A DNA stretch of 64,000 bases from assembly GCA_951406725.2 (NCBI GenBank), contig OX597818.1, positions 76,880,001 to 76,944,000 on the forward strand, given 5' to 3'. Position numbers and translations under genes: made by a program. The stretch's first letter is position 1; the number at the start of each line of letters is the position of its first letter. Under the pieces are notes generated by a model. The model worked only from the letters and a program-made list of their open reading frames with translations, was not told the origin of the DNA and searched no databases. The stretch is from Octopus vulgaris. Lineage: Eukaryota. Positions 25,623 to 38,752 of the stretch are shown piece after piece.

Positions 25623-27740
25623 GTGTGTGTGTGTGTGTGTACATATGCATATATATCTATTTATATATATATACTCACACACATGCAAAATGGGCTTGTT
25701 TTAATGTTTGTGTGTGCCAAAACCACTTACAAGACTGTCAGCCCAGGGTTACAATAGAAAACACTAGCCCAAAGTCCTGCACTCTGGCAGTGAACCCTAA
25801 ACCATGTAGTTGGGAAGTAAATTTCTTAATCACACAGCTACACATGTGCCTCACATCAGAATACAAAAATTCATTTAAAGAAAAACACAGATCAAGTCCC
25901 ATTCCAGAGTTCCAACCACTGAAAGAAAATAAGAAAATTGAAAGCTCTCACTAAATTAAAAAGTAATCACTAACATGAACTGAATATGCTACCATTAACT
26001 TCATTCTACTATGAAGATAGTCTTCTGCTACCCACCCTCATGTGAAGTTACGAAATATAAAGCTTTGGTTACATACGAAATTATCAATTTCCAAGAAGTA
26101 TAAAAATAACATCTAATCAGTTCTGTAGAAAAAAATGAGCTCCAGAGAGCTTCCCCAGAACATTAAAATAGGAAAATGTCTTGTAGAAAAATAATTCAAC
26201 TAGACACCAATCTTATCCCAAAAATAAACAAATCAAATCAAATCAAAGGACATTTAAAAAAAAAACATGAATTACTCCACTCTGAAATGTTGGACTTATT
26301 TTCTCCAAGAACATCAGAGCAAAAAGATTTCTATGAAAAATTTGTTATCTTTATATATAATAGCCAATATAAGTGTTGTTTGTTTGATTTCTTCAGTCAC
26401 ACTTTACATCATATAAAAAGAGTGGGAGAGAAAATATAAGAGATATAGAGAGAGTAAGCATAAGGGATGCAGAATGAATGCACATGCTAGGCATGATGGT
26501 AGGAGGAAGTATGAGGATAAATGATACAATAGTAATGGGATGAATATGAATGAGAATGAGAATTTATTTCATTGAATTTTTTTTTTAAGGTAATTTTTTT
26601 TTGTGTGTTTTTTGAAAATGAGTATTCATTTCATCATTTTGTATAAGCGCATAAAATGTAATTAAAGTGAAATTATGCTTATTGTGTTTATGTTATAATT
26701 CCCAATATTACTCACAGTGGCAAAAGTATACTTTCGAAGTTATCCATCATATAACAAGTAACACTAATTAAATCTTATAATTAACTATTTTCAACCAGCA
26801 AGAATTTTACAAAAAACAAAAGCTTTTTTTGGCAAAATTGTCATTTATTATCATAATTTTGGGGGATAATGGATTTCTAGATTGTCTAGAATACACACAA
26901 AACCAGTTTGGTACACATAAAACCAGTTTGGTAAGTTAAGACAATAAAAGTATAATTTATAGAACTATGTTATTAAAAACAATGGGACTAACAAAATGCA
27001 TTTTGCTTCTATGATTATCTGATGTCATATTAAAAGAGGAATTTATAGTTAGTAACTGTAGTTGTTGTAACTGTACAATATCTCACAATATAAAATTAGG
27101 TGGGGTCTCCATAATGGCATATGTATAGGATGGGTAAGATTTTTTTGACTAACAGTGACCTGTGCATACAGGATTCCCCTCTCTATGCAGGTCAGGTCAG
27201 GCAAAGTGGGGCATGCAACATTCTAGCATATTTCTGCATTCACTATCTGTTTGTATATTCCTGGGCTTTTATAGGTGATCCATTGAGAAGAGTCCCAGTC
27301 GGTCCATGTATCCACAAGATACCTCCTCAACTGCTGTGACCATGTGGTAGGAAGTCAACCAACAAGAGCTGTCAATCCAGCCAGATCCTCAGTGAAGAGA
27401 ACATAGTAAGCAGGGTCTTATTGTGTTCTTTCCATGCCATCGATAATTATTGGTGCAAGAAGAGAAGTGAGTCACCTACTTGGGCAAAAACAACTTCAAC
27501 TTATCCCCAGTGTCATCACAGGTGTTGCTGCCAGAATGCAACAAGCCAGGACAACCACTGCAAGGAACCTTGTCTGACTCTTCAACAGTTCCACCTATGA
27601 ACTCACCAAAGAATAAAAGGCAAAGTTGACCTAGGCATGATATAAACTCAGAATACAGAACCAGAACAAATACAGCAAGACATTTTCTTTTTCAATGTTC
27701 TAAGGATTTGGCTAATTACCACTTGGTTAGTACTATCACT

Positions 27741-28173
27741 CTAAAACCCTAACCCTAAAACCCTAACCCAAACCCTAAAACCCTAACCCTAAAACCCTAA
27801 CCCTAAAACCCTAACCCAAATCCTAAAACCCTAACACCCTAACCCTAAAATCTTAAAGCTAAAACCAGTACAAACGTACAAACAATGTCATAAATAACAG
27901 TGACAAACGAAATATACACTGCCGATAGTTGTTGTTGACAAACAATGGCAGTAATTTTATTCAGCTGAATACATGTCATTGATTGGTTGAAAGTACCAAA
28001 ATACGAGAACTTTAACACGAAATAACTTTGAAAATATAAACTTTTCTCAACAACACTAAGACTAAAAGATGTTTTATATGACACATTCTACCAGTGTCCG
28101 AAGTTTAGTTACAAAAAGTTTATTTCTCGATCTGCTGTTCAAAGGGTAAAGATTCCATTACAGATATATTAAT
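27741..28173. mobile_element. Insert beginning with a telomere-like (CCCTAA/CCCTAAAA)n tract (27741-27850), flanked by a 21-bp direct repeat
   Basis: CACTTGGTTAGTACTA(T/A)CACT at 27720-27740 and 28174-28194. The insert contains AAAGGGTAAAGATTCC near its right end. Confidence 0.75.
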
Positions 28174-28402
28174 CACTTGGTTAGTACTAACACTAGGTAT
28201 ATATTATGTAGGCAATAATATATTCACCCAAAACATTATAACCATATGCGCTCACATGCTTCAATTTTGCATTTGTACATATATTTACTTGACTGCTGAC
28301 ATATACCAATGCTTTCTCCCATAGTTTTTATGCATAGTTTTCTAACATTAATAAAATTGTGAGCATTTTTGATGACATAAGTATGATACTATATATAGAG
28401 AG

Positions 28403-28436
<34 letters not shown>

Positions 28437-29102
28437 GCCGACAGACAAACAGATAGACAGACAGACAGACAGACAGAGAGTGAGAGAGAGAAAGAAAGAG
28501 CTTAGGCATAGTGATGCTAATAACCAATTGCTAGTACACAATACTCATATGCTTTAGAATAAAGCATTGAGTACAGAGCATAATATTAATAACTGACAGA
28601 GAATAGGAATTACATAACTAACATCACTACCATCACCAATAGACAGTGCAAAAATTCCCCATTTTTCATTATAGTATCTGATTGGGTCCCTGTCTCACAG
28701 ATGTCATAAAATTATTAACAGAATAAAAAAAATGTCACATATGTTATTGACTTGGGAATAGATTTTGCTCAAAAGAAAACCATTGTTAGAATTAATTTAA
28801 TGAAAACGTTTTTAATTTGGGTCATCTAAATATATGAATATATTTGTAATTCTTTTCAGAATGCAAATTAAAGCAAAATGAAATGAAAGATATTTCAACA
28901 TATAATGATAGGTTTTTAATAGAAATATTTAATGAAGAATTAAATGACAGACACTTGGTTCATCTATTCACATCACAACATTCTTAAATAGCATTAATGA
29001 ACTCGTTATCTGAAAAGTATGACATATTAAATGCATTTTAACTATTCGTAATTTGCTTGTGAGCATGGTATGTAAAATGAATTCAAGTTACAGTACACAA
29101 CC

Positions 29103-31020
29103 AGTGCCATGTCTTTTGGTCCGACATCACTTCGTCAAACGTCTTTTCGTCCACATCTTTTTGTCTGATGATTTTTTTGTCCAATGACTTTTTGTTCAAT
29201 TTTAAATAAACTCTTTAGAAAACAAGGGGAAATATCTCTAATGATATATTCACAGAACTATAACGAGCCTCGTTATAGGATTGTTATTATCATTCTTTTT
29301 CCTTCTCTGTTAACAGTTTTACTTTCTCTTTTTCCTTCCCTTTCTTATGTATGGTGCTGTGTATAGAGAGTGCTGTAAATTTAGTGTACACATTTTTAAT
29401 TTACCTATCCCAAAATGACAAAGTTCATAGTTTTGACCAAAAACAAAAGAAATGTAGTTGATGAAAGGAATTACATCTACGATTTTCATTCAAGCAATAC
29501 AAAACTAGGAAAAGAATACTGGAGATGTGAGAAAAGAAGGCTGTGTTCAGTGTAAATTCACACAGTAACAAAAAAACAATGAGTCGAAAATTATTTATTT
29601 TTCTAGTGAGCACCTTCATCTAGCTGATGTAAATTCATTAAGTGCTAGAAAAGCAGCTGCAGAAATAAAGCATGAAGCGATGGAAAACATAGCAGCACGT
29701 TTACATTGCATAAAAGCAGCTATGTTTATGCAGCTAACAGAAAATACTTGCTCTCAACATCCTCATTTGCCCTGTACTTTCAAGGACTATTCAAAGGTGT
29801 CAAACAAAAAAATTCTGGATTTCCTGCTAATACAGGGGCTAGAACTGATTTTGAAATACCTGAAGAATATGGTAAATTTGATAATGGCGAACAGTTTCTG
29901 AAATATGATTCAGATATCGAGGATCAACAGCACATCAGAAAGTGCTCTTCAGGATATAGCATCATATCATCATTGGGTATGTGATGGAACATGTAGCTGT
30001 TTTCCACGGATCTTTGCATTACTGCCGAATAAAACAAAGCAGACATACAAATTATTTTTCGAGTAATTGAAAATTATGCAACCTAATGCATATCCACTTG
30101 AACTCATGGCAGATTTTGAAGTTGCAGTTCATAAGGCATTTAATTTATCATTCCCCAACTCATCTACCATGACATGTTTGTTTCATTTAAGCCAATCAGT
30201 ATTTTGAAAGATTACAGATTTAGGCCTCAAAAAAAACAATACCATAAAGACTCTGAATTCTGTCTTAAAATTCAATGTTTTTCAGCATTAGCCTTACTAA
30301 CCATTGAAGATGTCGAAGAGGCTTATGAAGAATTAGTAGATGATGAAGAAATACCTACTGAATTTGTCACTTACTCAACTTGACTTACATAGGTGTTGTG
30401 AGAGAATGTGGCGCTAGACAAAAGAGAGAACCACCTACATTCCTGATAATTGTATGTAATGTTAATCAGCATATCTTTCAAGATCTTCCCAGAACAAATA
30501 ATGCTGTGGATGGGTTTCATTTCACAATAAAGCTTTCAGCAGGTGGAGCACATTTGAACATATGGAAATTAATCAAAACTCTGAAGGAAGAGGAAAGGTT
30601 TGTTCAAGGTAAGATGACTCATATTCTTCAAGGAGATCCATTAAATTCATGTACACAATATCGAAGAATAACCGAATGCCTCAAAAGATTGCTCATTGAA
30701 TATGGGCCAACAAGAAAAATTGATTCTTTGAAGTGTGTGGCATATAATTTGCATCAATTTTAAGTGATCATAATAAATCATTAGTTATATCTTATTACTT
30801 TTTTAAAATGGCTTTTTTTAAATACATTTTGCCATAGTATTTTACTTGAATCCTATCAATAAAATTCTCAATGATTATTTGATTTTGATGTTCACCTTGT
30901 TTTCTAAAGTGTTTATTTAAAATTGGACAAAAAGTCATTGGACAAATAAAAGACATCAGACAAAAAACGTGGACAAAGTGACATTGGACAAAGTGACATC
31001 AGACAAAAAGTTGGGTTGCA
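29103..31020 (+). mobile_element. Decayed Mutator-like (MULE) DNA transposon
   Basis: ~130-bp imperfect TIRs built of short sub-repeats (TTTTGTCC/GGACAAAA). TSD TACACAACC/TACACAACT (8 of 9). Transposase motifs WVCDGT, FALLPNKTKQTY, MADFEVAVHKAF, CLFHLSQ and PRTNNAVDGFH..HLNIWKLIKTLKEEE, with frameshifts. Confidence 0.9.
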
Positions 31021-31222
31021 TACACAACTAGTTATGTCATGAAATAGAAGTCAAATAAAATCTTCAAAACATTTTAGAGTTAAAAATATAAAAATAAATT
31101 ACATTTTATTTACTGACACATAATATTATTTAAGCATACACATTAATATAATTGTCAATGCATACACACAAACACACACATCCTTTATTTATGTTTACAT
31201 CTACACTCATACATATGCATCA

Positions 31223-31446
31223 ATTTATGCCCACTTAAATATGGATGTTCTGTTGGAACATACTATACTGTGGTAGATACCATGAGAGAAAATCTAATAT
31301 TGGCTTTTGGTGCAAAATGCACTCTTATTTATATCACTAGTAATATAAACAACAGTGCACCAAAAGCCAATATGAATTTCTATTGTGATATCTACCACAG
31401 TATAGTTTGTTCTTATAGAACATCAATGTTTAAGAGGGCCATAAAT
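31223..31446. mobile_element. ~225-bp foldback (palindromic MITE-like) element
   Basis: Arms pair throughout, e.g. ACTATACTGTGGTAGATA/TATCTACCACAGTATAGT and ATATTGGCTTTTGGTGCA/TGCACCAAAAGCCAATAT. Centre near 31338. Confidence 0.8.
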
Positions 31447-31468
31447 ATTACCTCTCAGTAATAATACT

Positions 31469-31502
<34 letters not shown>

Positions 31503-32217
31503 CCTTCCCCATTCAGAGTGAGCAGCGATGTTCCCAAATAGGCCTGCCCAGTCACAGATGTAGGACGGAGTTACTGGGTTGTTACCAGGTCCCAGGAAGG
31601 CAACCATCTTGCATCTGCTGCCAACATGCAGGCCTGGACCAGGAGCTTCTGGTTTCACCAATACCTGCTCTCACTATCCTTATCCCATCGCCATTGGACT
31701 TTTGTAAAAAAAAATAAAAAGCAGGGGGTAGTAGTTGAATCAAAAACAAACTAGCCAATGGTGTTTATTTAGGGTGGAGATCTTCTTGCCAAGGGGGTCC
31801 ATAATCCTTCAGCTGTGGTACTACCTGGAGTGACATGCGAGGTCCAGATGGGTTGCAATGGAATGCCACTAGCTTCAATATCATTAGAGTTGTGTCTTTC
31901 TAGCCAGTCCATCTGGCATCTCCCTTTTCCACTAGGATCAATCGTTGAGTTCAGAGATCTAGTTTCCTCTGCTTGATCCACTGTTGGGGGTCATAGTTTG
32001 GTGTGGTGAGGGACAAGGACAGTGGTCCTGTATCCTTGTTTGCACATATCTTGTTTTTAGTTATGACAGGTGCTCTCACACCCTCCTCCAAGATCCAGCA
32101 AGCTGAACCAAGAAGGGAACCAGTTTAGTCACCAACAACCCAACCATGACTGAGAGAAGCAGGTGTACATTGTTACCCATTGAGGAAAAGACCTCAACAC
32201 CATATATATATATATAC

Positions 32218-32622
32218 TCTTTTACTCTTTTACTTGTTTCAGTCATTTGACTGCGGCCATGCTGGAGCACTGCCTTTAGTCGAGCAACTCGACCCCGGGA
32301 CTTATTCTTTGTAAGCCCAGTACTTATTCTATCGGTTTCTTTTGCCGAACCGCTAAGTGACGGGGACGTAAACACACCAGCATTGGTTGTCAAGCAATGC
32401 TAGGGGGACAAACACAGACACACAAACACACATATATATATATATACATACATATATACGACGGGCTTCTTTCAGTTTCCGTCTACCAAATCCACTCACA
32501 TGGCTTTGGTCGGCCCGAGGCTATAGTAGAAGACACTTGCCCAAGATGCCACGCAGTGAGACTGAACCCAGAACCATGTGGTTGGTAAGCAAGCTACTTA
32601 CCACACAGCCACTCCTGCGCCT
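32218..32622 (-). mobile_element. tRNA-derived SINE, type A (young full copy inserted in (TA)n)
   Basis: Near-identical to 1112-1520 and flanked by (TA)n on both sides. Confidence 0.88.
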
Positions 32623-33654
32623 ATATATATATATATATATATATAAAATAAGGATATTTATAAAATAAATACAGAGAGCAAATCTTAGACTGCATTGTAG
32701 GTATTCGACATCTACTTCTAGTGCAGGCTGCTAGTCATATCCAGTGGCCCTTAATTATAATTATATTTTATAATTATATATTTTTTTTAAAATTTATTTA
32801 TATATATATATATATACTTATTAATTATATACACATATCTATTACTGCACACCTATGATGAGGACATCGTCACCATCATCATTTAAAAAATTAACTTTTC
32901 CATGCTTGTATGGGTCAGATGGGGTTTGTTGAGACTGATCTTCTATAGCCAGATGCCCTTCCTGTCGCCAACGCTCACATGATGTTGAGACACGGCAAAA
33001 AAAGTACATACAAACACACACGTGTGTATATACACATACACACACACACACGCAATTGTTGTTTTCAGTTTCCATCTACAAAATCAATTCACAAGACTTT
33101 GGTTAACTCAGAATTATAGTAGAAAACATTTACCCGAGGTTGTTATGCAGTTGGACTAAATTTGAGACCACATGGTTGGGTTGGGAAGCAAGTTTCTTAA
33201 CCACAAAGCCATGCCTGCACCTTCACATGTATACATAAAGTTACATGTGAATTATGTCATATATGTAACCAGTGCCAACTTAAGACATGGGTATAATAAG
33301 CATTTGTCCTGAAGAGCCATGTTTTCTAAGTCTTCAGTCTAGGGTCCCCAATATCTAGATGCACCCAGTAAATTGCACTGCCTAAGAATCTTCTGCAATG
33401 TCATCAAAATGTTCCTGCAAGTAACCAGAGACATTCTTCCAACTACCATATTTTCCAACACACAAGTTAAATTCTTCAGAACAAAATTTACAACCAAAAA
33501 ATGGTAGATAGACTTATACACCAAGACAATTTTGGAGAACCAAAATTTCCAAATGAAATGCAGCAGGCTTTAGAAAGACAGTGATGGTGTTTGAATGTTT
33601 ACTCTACATGTTTACACTACACACTATGTTGATTTGTATGGCAAAAATACAATA

Positions 33655-33870
33655 TTCTTTTCTACTCTCGACACAAGGCCCGAAATTTTGGGGGAGGGGG
33701 CCAGTCAATTAGCTTGACCCCAGTACGCAACTGGTACTTAATTTATTGACCCCGAAAGGAAGAAAGGCAAAGCTGACCTCAGCGGAATTTGAACTCTGTA
33801 CGTAAAGACAGACGGAATACTGCTAAGCATTTTGCCCAGCATGCTAACATTTCTGCCAGCTCGCCACCTT
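33655..33870 (-). mobile_element. tRNA-derived SINE, type B (well-preserved copy)
   Basis: Head GGTGGCGAGCTGGCAGAA with B-box-like GAGTTCAAATTCC. Flanked by the duplicated GCAAAAATACAATATTC (33641-33657 and 33871-33887), a probable TSD. Confidence 0.85.
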
Positions 33871-34264
33871 GCAAAAATACAATATTCACACACTCAATGA
33901 AACACAGATTTATAGCAGTCACATGCAAACCAGTATGACTGATAACAAGTACCATGTTTCAGGCAATTGCTTTAGGTACATAAAGGTGTGTGGCTTAGTT
34001 GTTAGAGGCAGGGCAGTATAGTGCTTGAGTTTCCCAGGTGTCAGGGTTGATCTCAAAGCTTTTGAAGTGCTTTTCCTGTCCATCTAACATACACACACAT
34101 ACACACACACTCATATATACACTTATACGTACAACACATACATATCTATATATATATATATATACACACACTTGTAATGCTAAAAATAAAACAAGCGCAC
34201 AACAAAAACAAACCCCAAAACACCTGTTTTGCCCTTGAAGTCAATGAAAATGTGAAATACTTAC

Positions 34265-34342
34265 TGAAGAAATATCAGTCTCAAGGAGGGACCAGAATGA
34301 TTTACAGAACTGAATGTCAGCACTTCTTGCAACATGAACCAC
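34265..34342 (-). CDS. LIPE: Hormone-sensitive lipase, coding exon C (26 codons; absent from the ORF track)
   Basis: VVHVARSADIQFCKSFWSLLETDISS matches HSL D..F.K.FW...E. Acceptor cttgttcccAG, donor GTaagt, 78 nt, phase 0. Confidence 0.92.
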
Positions 34343-34429
34343 CTGGGAACAAGAAAAAAACAATAACATAAACTACATCTTAGGACAGAGCCAAACAGAT
34401 TAAGTACACAGTTAATTGTTTATGCATAC

Positions 34430-34990
34430 ATGACTGTGTTGACACCAATGATGAAAATGATGATGATGACAATGATAATAGTGACAATAATGATGATAGT
34501 GATGATGAATAGAATGACAGTGACAACAATAGCGATTATGATGATAAAGATGATAGTGATGGCGATGATGATGGGAAAGAGGAGGATAATGACAATGATT
34601 ATGAGGGCAAGGATAACAGTAATAGTAACTATGGTGAAGACAGTGAAGAGAAACAAGAGAATGATGATCACAAAGATGATTATGATGTCAATGACGACTA
34701 TGATGACAATGATAACAATGATGACGACAATAGTGTAAAAAAGACAAAGATAACAACTATGATTGTGTTGATGACAATGATGATGACAGTGATGGTAATA
34801 TTGTAATGATGACAATAATCATCATCATCATCATCGTTTAACGTCCGTTTTCCGCGCTAAACAACAATAAGAAATTCAATGAAGTTAACAATGCTGATGA
34901 CAATGATGATTATAATGATGATTATGATGATAGAGATGACAATGAGGATAACAGTAGTGACAAGAATAATAACAGGAGTGATGTTCTCCA
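34430..34990. repeat. Degenerate (GAT/GAC/AAT)n trinucleotide low-complexity tract filling the exon B-C intron
   Basis: Continuous ATG/ACA/ATA triplet repeats. Confidence 0.85.
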
Positions 34991-35010
34991 CAGTAATAAT
35001 GGCTACACAC

Positions 35011-35166
35011 CTGACGTGCTCTCAGTTCTGGATCCAATAAATACTTCCCAGTACTCAGTACAGAGTATGCAAACTTCATAAAATTAGTTGTTTCGTTGTA
35101 TCCTTCACTGAATGAAGCCAATGCCACAACAACACACAATAATGGCTTCCGCATAGATTCACAGAA
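35011..35166 (-). CDS. LIPE: Hormone-sensitive lipase, coding exon B (52 codons)
   Basis: FCESMRKPLLCVVVALASFSEGY...SVLSTGKYLLDPELRARQ continues directly from GFQ (HSL F..A.RP.L...SF.E.Y...SG.F..DPELR). Acceptor aaatttcAG, donor GTgtgt, 156 nt, phase 0. Confidence 0.93.
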
Positions 35167-35178
35167 CTGAAATTTACA

Positions 35179-35235
<57 letters not shown>

Positions 35236-38200
35236 GTTTCAAGTTTTGCCACAAGGGCTGCAATTTTGGGGGAGGGGATGAGTTGAGTACATTGACCCCA
35301 GTGTCCAACTGGTACTTATTTTACTGACCCCACAAGAATGAAAGGCAAAGTCAACCTCAGAGAAATCTGAACTCAGAACATAGCGATGAGCAAAATACCA
35401 CTAAGCATTTTGTCCAGCACACTAATGATTCTACCAGCTCACCGCCTTAACAACAATAATAATAATAATAATAATTTCTACTATAGGCACAAGGCCTGAA
35501 ATTTTGGGGAAAGGGACTAGTTGATTACATCAACTTCAGTGTTTCACTGGTACTTAATATTATTGGAATGGTGTAGTTTAATTGAGACAGCTATCATCTT
35601 CAAGCAGAGGCAATCATCATGTATATGAGCATATGTATTTTTGCTTCTGGTTTTAATTATTTGAAATCTTCCTGTAAGGGAGAAGTTGATTTCTAACAAA
35701 GATACAAAGCTCCATCAAGGGGATGTAAATAACAAAAACAATGTCACATGGTGAATTTAAGAAAAGTCTTGCATGTTCTTTCTGTTCCACTTATAGATTG
35801 TATTTGTAATGTGCATGTTAACTAGTTGATTTCTGTTTGTGAAAATCCTAACTTTTTCAGATTACATGCATGTGTGTGTGTGTGTGTGTGTGTATAAATA
35901 TATACACACACATACATTTATTACATTAACGACTCTTAAAGGACTACTTCCGATTCCTTGTACATGTATATTATCAACAGCAGCAACAATTAGATACCCA
36001 TGTTCCATGCTGGTATGGATTGGACCAGTGGCCAGTTATAATGTCAACAAGGAATGTAAACAACATACCACTATTTTGTTCAGATGGTGACAAGTGGACC
36101 TGCAACATGTCATCATTTAAATATACACACAGACATCCACAAACACACCCACACACACAACCACCTACACATATACACCCCCACACACCTCCACATACAT
36201 GCATATATAAACTCCGAACGCATGCATACAGCCCCCACACATATACAGCCTGTACACATGACAAGCTTCTCTCAGTTTCCATTGACCAGATCCACTCACA
36301 AAGCAAAGCACTGGCCAGCCTCTTGTTCAAGATGCTCCACAGAAGGACTGAATCTGAATACCCACATACAGTGTCATGCCTACCCCTATGAAACTTATTG
36401 CAATAATTACGATCTAAATACATAAAAATGCCATGTAGATCATTGGATTTATGTGACAAATACTGGAAATCAAACTGAGAAAGAATTTTTGTCTTTTCAG
36501 TTCTTCAAAGCAATTTTTTTAATGATCTTTAACCCACCCCTCATACCCCACATTTTATTCAAATCAACATTCTGTTCCTCTCCCTTTACCTCAAACCCTT
36601 TTATTTCACAAACTGCTATTTTTTATGGAGCTCTCTTTCTTCTCTTTCCCAACTCACTTCAAAGATTTTTATGCTGCATAGCAACAAAACTAGCCACAAC
36701 CACCCTCTTATCTTTTGATAGTGGAGGTAGAGAGGAGGGTGCTTTGGTTCAAGAAAATAACTAAATTAGGCCAAGACAGAACACAGCAGAATTGTTACAT
36801 AAAAGGAATAGCAGTAGGAAGAGTGGGAAACAGAATTCATAATTATCTCATAAGAATAAAATAGGCAGACATGTAAAAATTTGTAGCTATACAATGATTA
36901 ACAGATATATAATGATTAACAGGCCTATAATAATTAATAACTTAGTAGCTATATAATAATTAACAGAATTATTACTAATATCATTTACATCATCATTGTT
37001 TTAATGTCCAATTTCCATATTTGCATAGATCAGATGGAATTTGTCGAAGCAGACTTTCTAGAGTCAGATGCCCTTCCTGTCACCAACCTTCACCTATTTC
37101 TGCATATGGTGCTATTTCCCCATAACTGAATATGTTTTTATCAAAGATTGGAAATGAATTTCACCACCTGTATGACAGTGACACTCATTTACATCTATCA
37201 CATAACGTCAAGACAAGGAGGCACAAAAACATACACATATACATGTATGGTGGCTTCTTTAAATTTCCTTCGTTCAAATCACTCACTTTGGTCTGCCCAG
37301 GGCTATAATAGAAGACACTTGCTATGGGTGCTGAAACTACATGGTTGGAAAGTAAACTGTTTAACCACATGACCATGACTGAGCCTTATTATAATTAGCA
37401 AATATAAAAAATTAACAGATGTATAAAAAATTTAACATATGTGGTAAATATTAATTGACATCTTTAATTAACTACTGAAATACTGGTTTCAAATTTTAGC
37501 ACAATGCCATCAATTTCATGGGAGGGTAAGTCGATTACATGAGCCCCAGTACTCAACTGATACTTATTTTATCGACCTTGAAAGGATGAAAGACAAAGTC
37601 AACCTCAGTAGATTTTGAACTCAGAATATGCAAACAGACGAAATACCGCTTAGCATTTCACCTGGCATACTAATGATTCTGCCAGCTCACCACCTTATCA
37701 ACTTCTGAAATATAAAAGCACCTGAACAGTGAAGAAACTTCAAAACTGGAGAATTTAATTTGGGAGAAATTCAAATATTAATGAAATGAAAACTGAAGCA
37801 CAATTCCCTTTGGTGGCAGGAATTCCAGTGTTATTTCCCAAATGTATTTTTAGACAAATTGTTTAAATATTTTCATTGTAATGTCAAGAGATTTGGAGCT
37901 TAGTTACCACAAAACAATTACTCAGAATTCAAACTGGTTGTTTATAAAATGAAATGGAAAGAGAACCAAAGACTTAATAAAATATACAGATCCAAATATC
38001 TAATGTCTTTAATGTGGTTTGCTGTTCCTCTATAATTATAAAGCTGGAAGGGAACACAGCAGTATCTACTGCCTAAGTATTCTATGGTATGCAAAACAAG
38101 TTTTATTTTTTTACATGTTCTATTTTTAATTTCTGCCTTTCAAAATATTTCTTGAAATACCAGCACTAGACTGCACATTGATAGAATCATCAGCACGTTG

Positions 38201-38281
38201 GATAGGCACATGCATGGCTTGTGGTCAAGAAGTTTACTTCCCATCCACATAGTTCCAGGTTCAGTCCCACAATGCAGAATT

Positions 38282-38508
38282 TTGGGCTATGACCCTTTCT
38301 ATAACTTTCATCACCTGATCCAACAATTTGATATCTCTATAGTTATTTCTGTCTAAGATGTCACCTTTGCCTTTGTAACAGTTGACTATGGTGCTGCAAC
38401 ACCAGTCATTGGGTATGACTCCCTTGTGTACAGCCTGATTGATTATACAAGTGATGAGACCATAACCCACACCACCAGACGGGTTTCCACACAGTTTCCA
38501 TCTACTAT
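38282..38508 (-). mobile_element. RTE-clade RT fragment (inverted duplicate of 41793-42019) inserted in a SINE
   Basis: IPNDWCCSTIVNCYKGKGDILDRNNYRDIKLLDQVMKV.ERV is typical RTE pre-RT sequence. Confidence 0.85.
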
Positions 38509-38752
38509 ATTTACTTCTGTAGCCTGAAGCTGACCAAAGCCCTGAGTGGATTTGGTAGATAGAAACTGAAAGAAGCCTGTCCAAAATAGGGGTAGCTTGT
38601 CCTGTTTAGGCTATATTATTAGCATTATCCTGCATTTGAGAATTTTAAATCACTTCTTTAACTTTCTAAGACATCTCAACACTTCTAAAGCAAACTTTGT
38701 TTATTTACGTTCATCATAATTTGAATTTAACATATATTATACATATTATATA

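Noticed and set aside
32675-32755. Possible hammerhead on the minus strand (CTGGATATGA...GAATAC...GTC)
   Set aside because: Both core boxes deviate and stem I is not convincing.
34420-34815. Hydrophobic Ile/Val-rich 'membrane protein' ORF
   Set aside because: Trinucleotide low-complexity tract inside the HSL intron.
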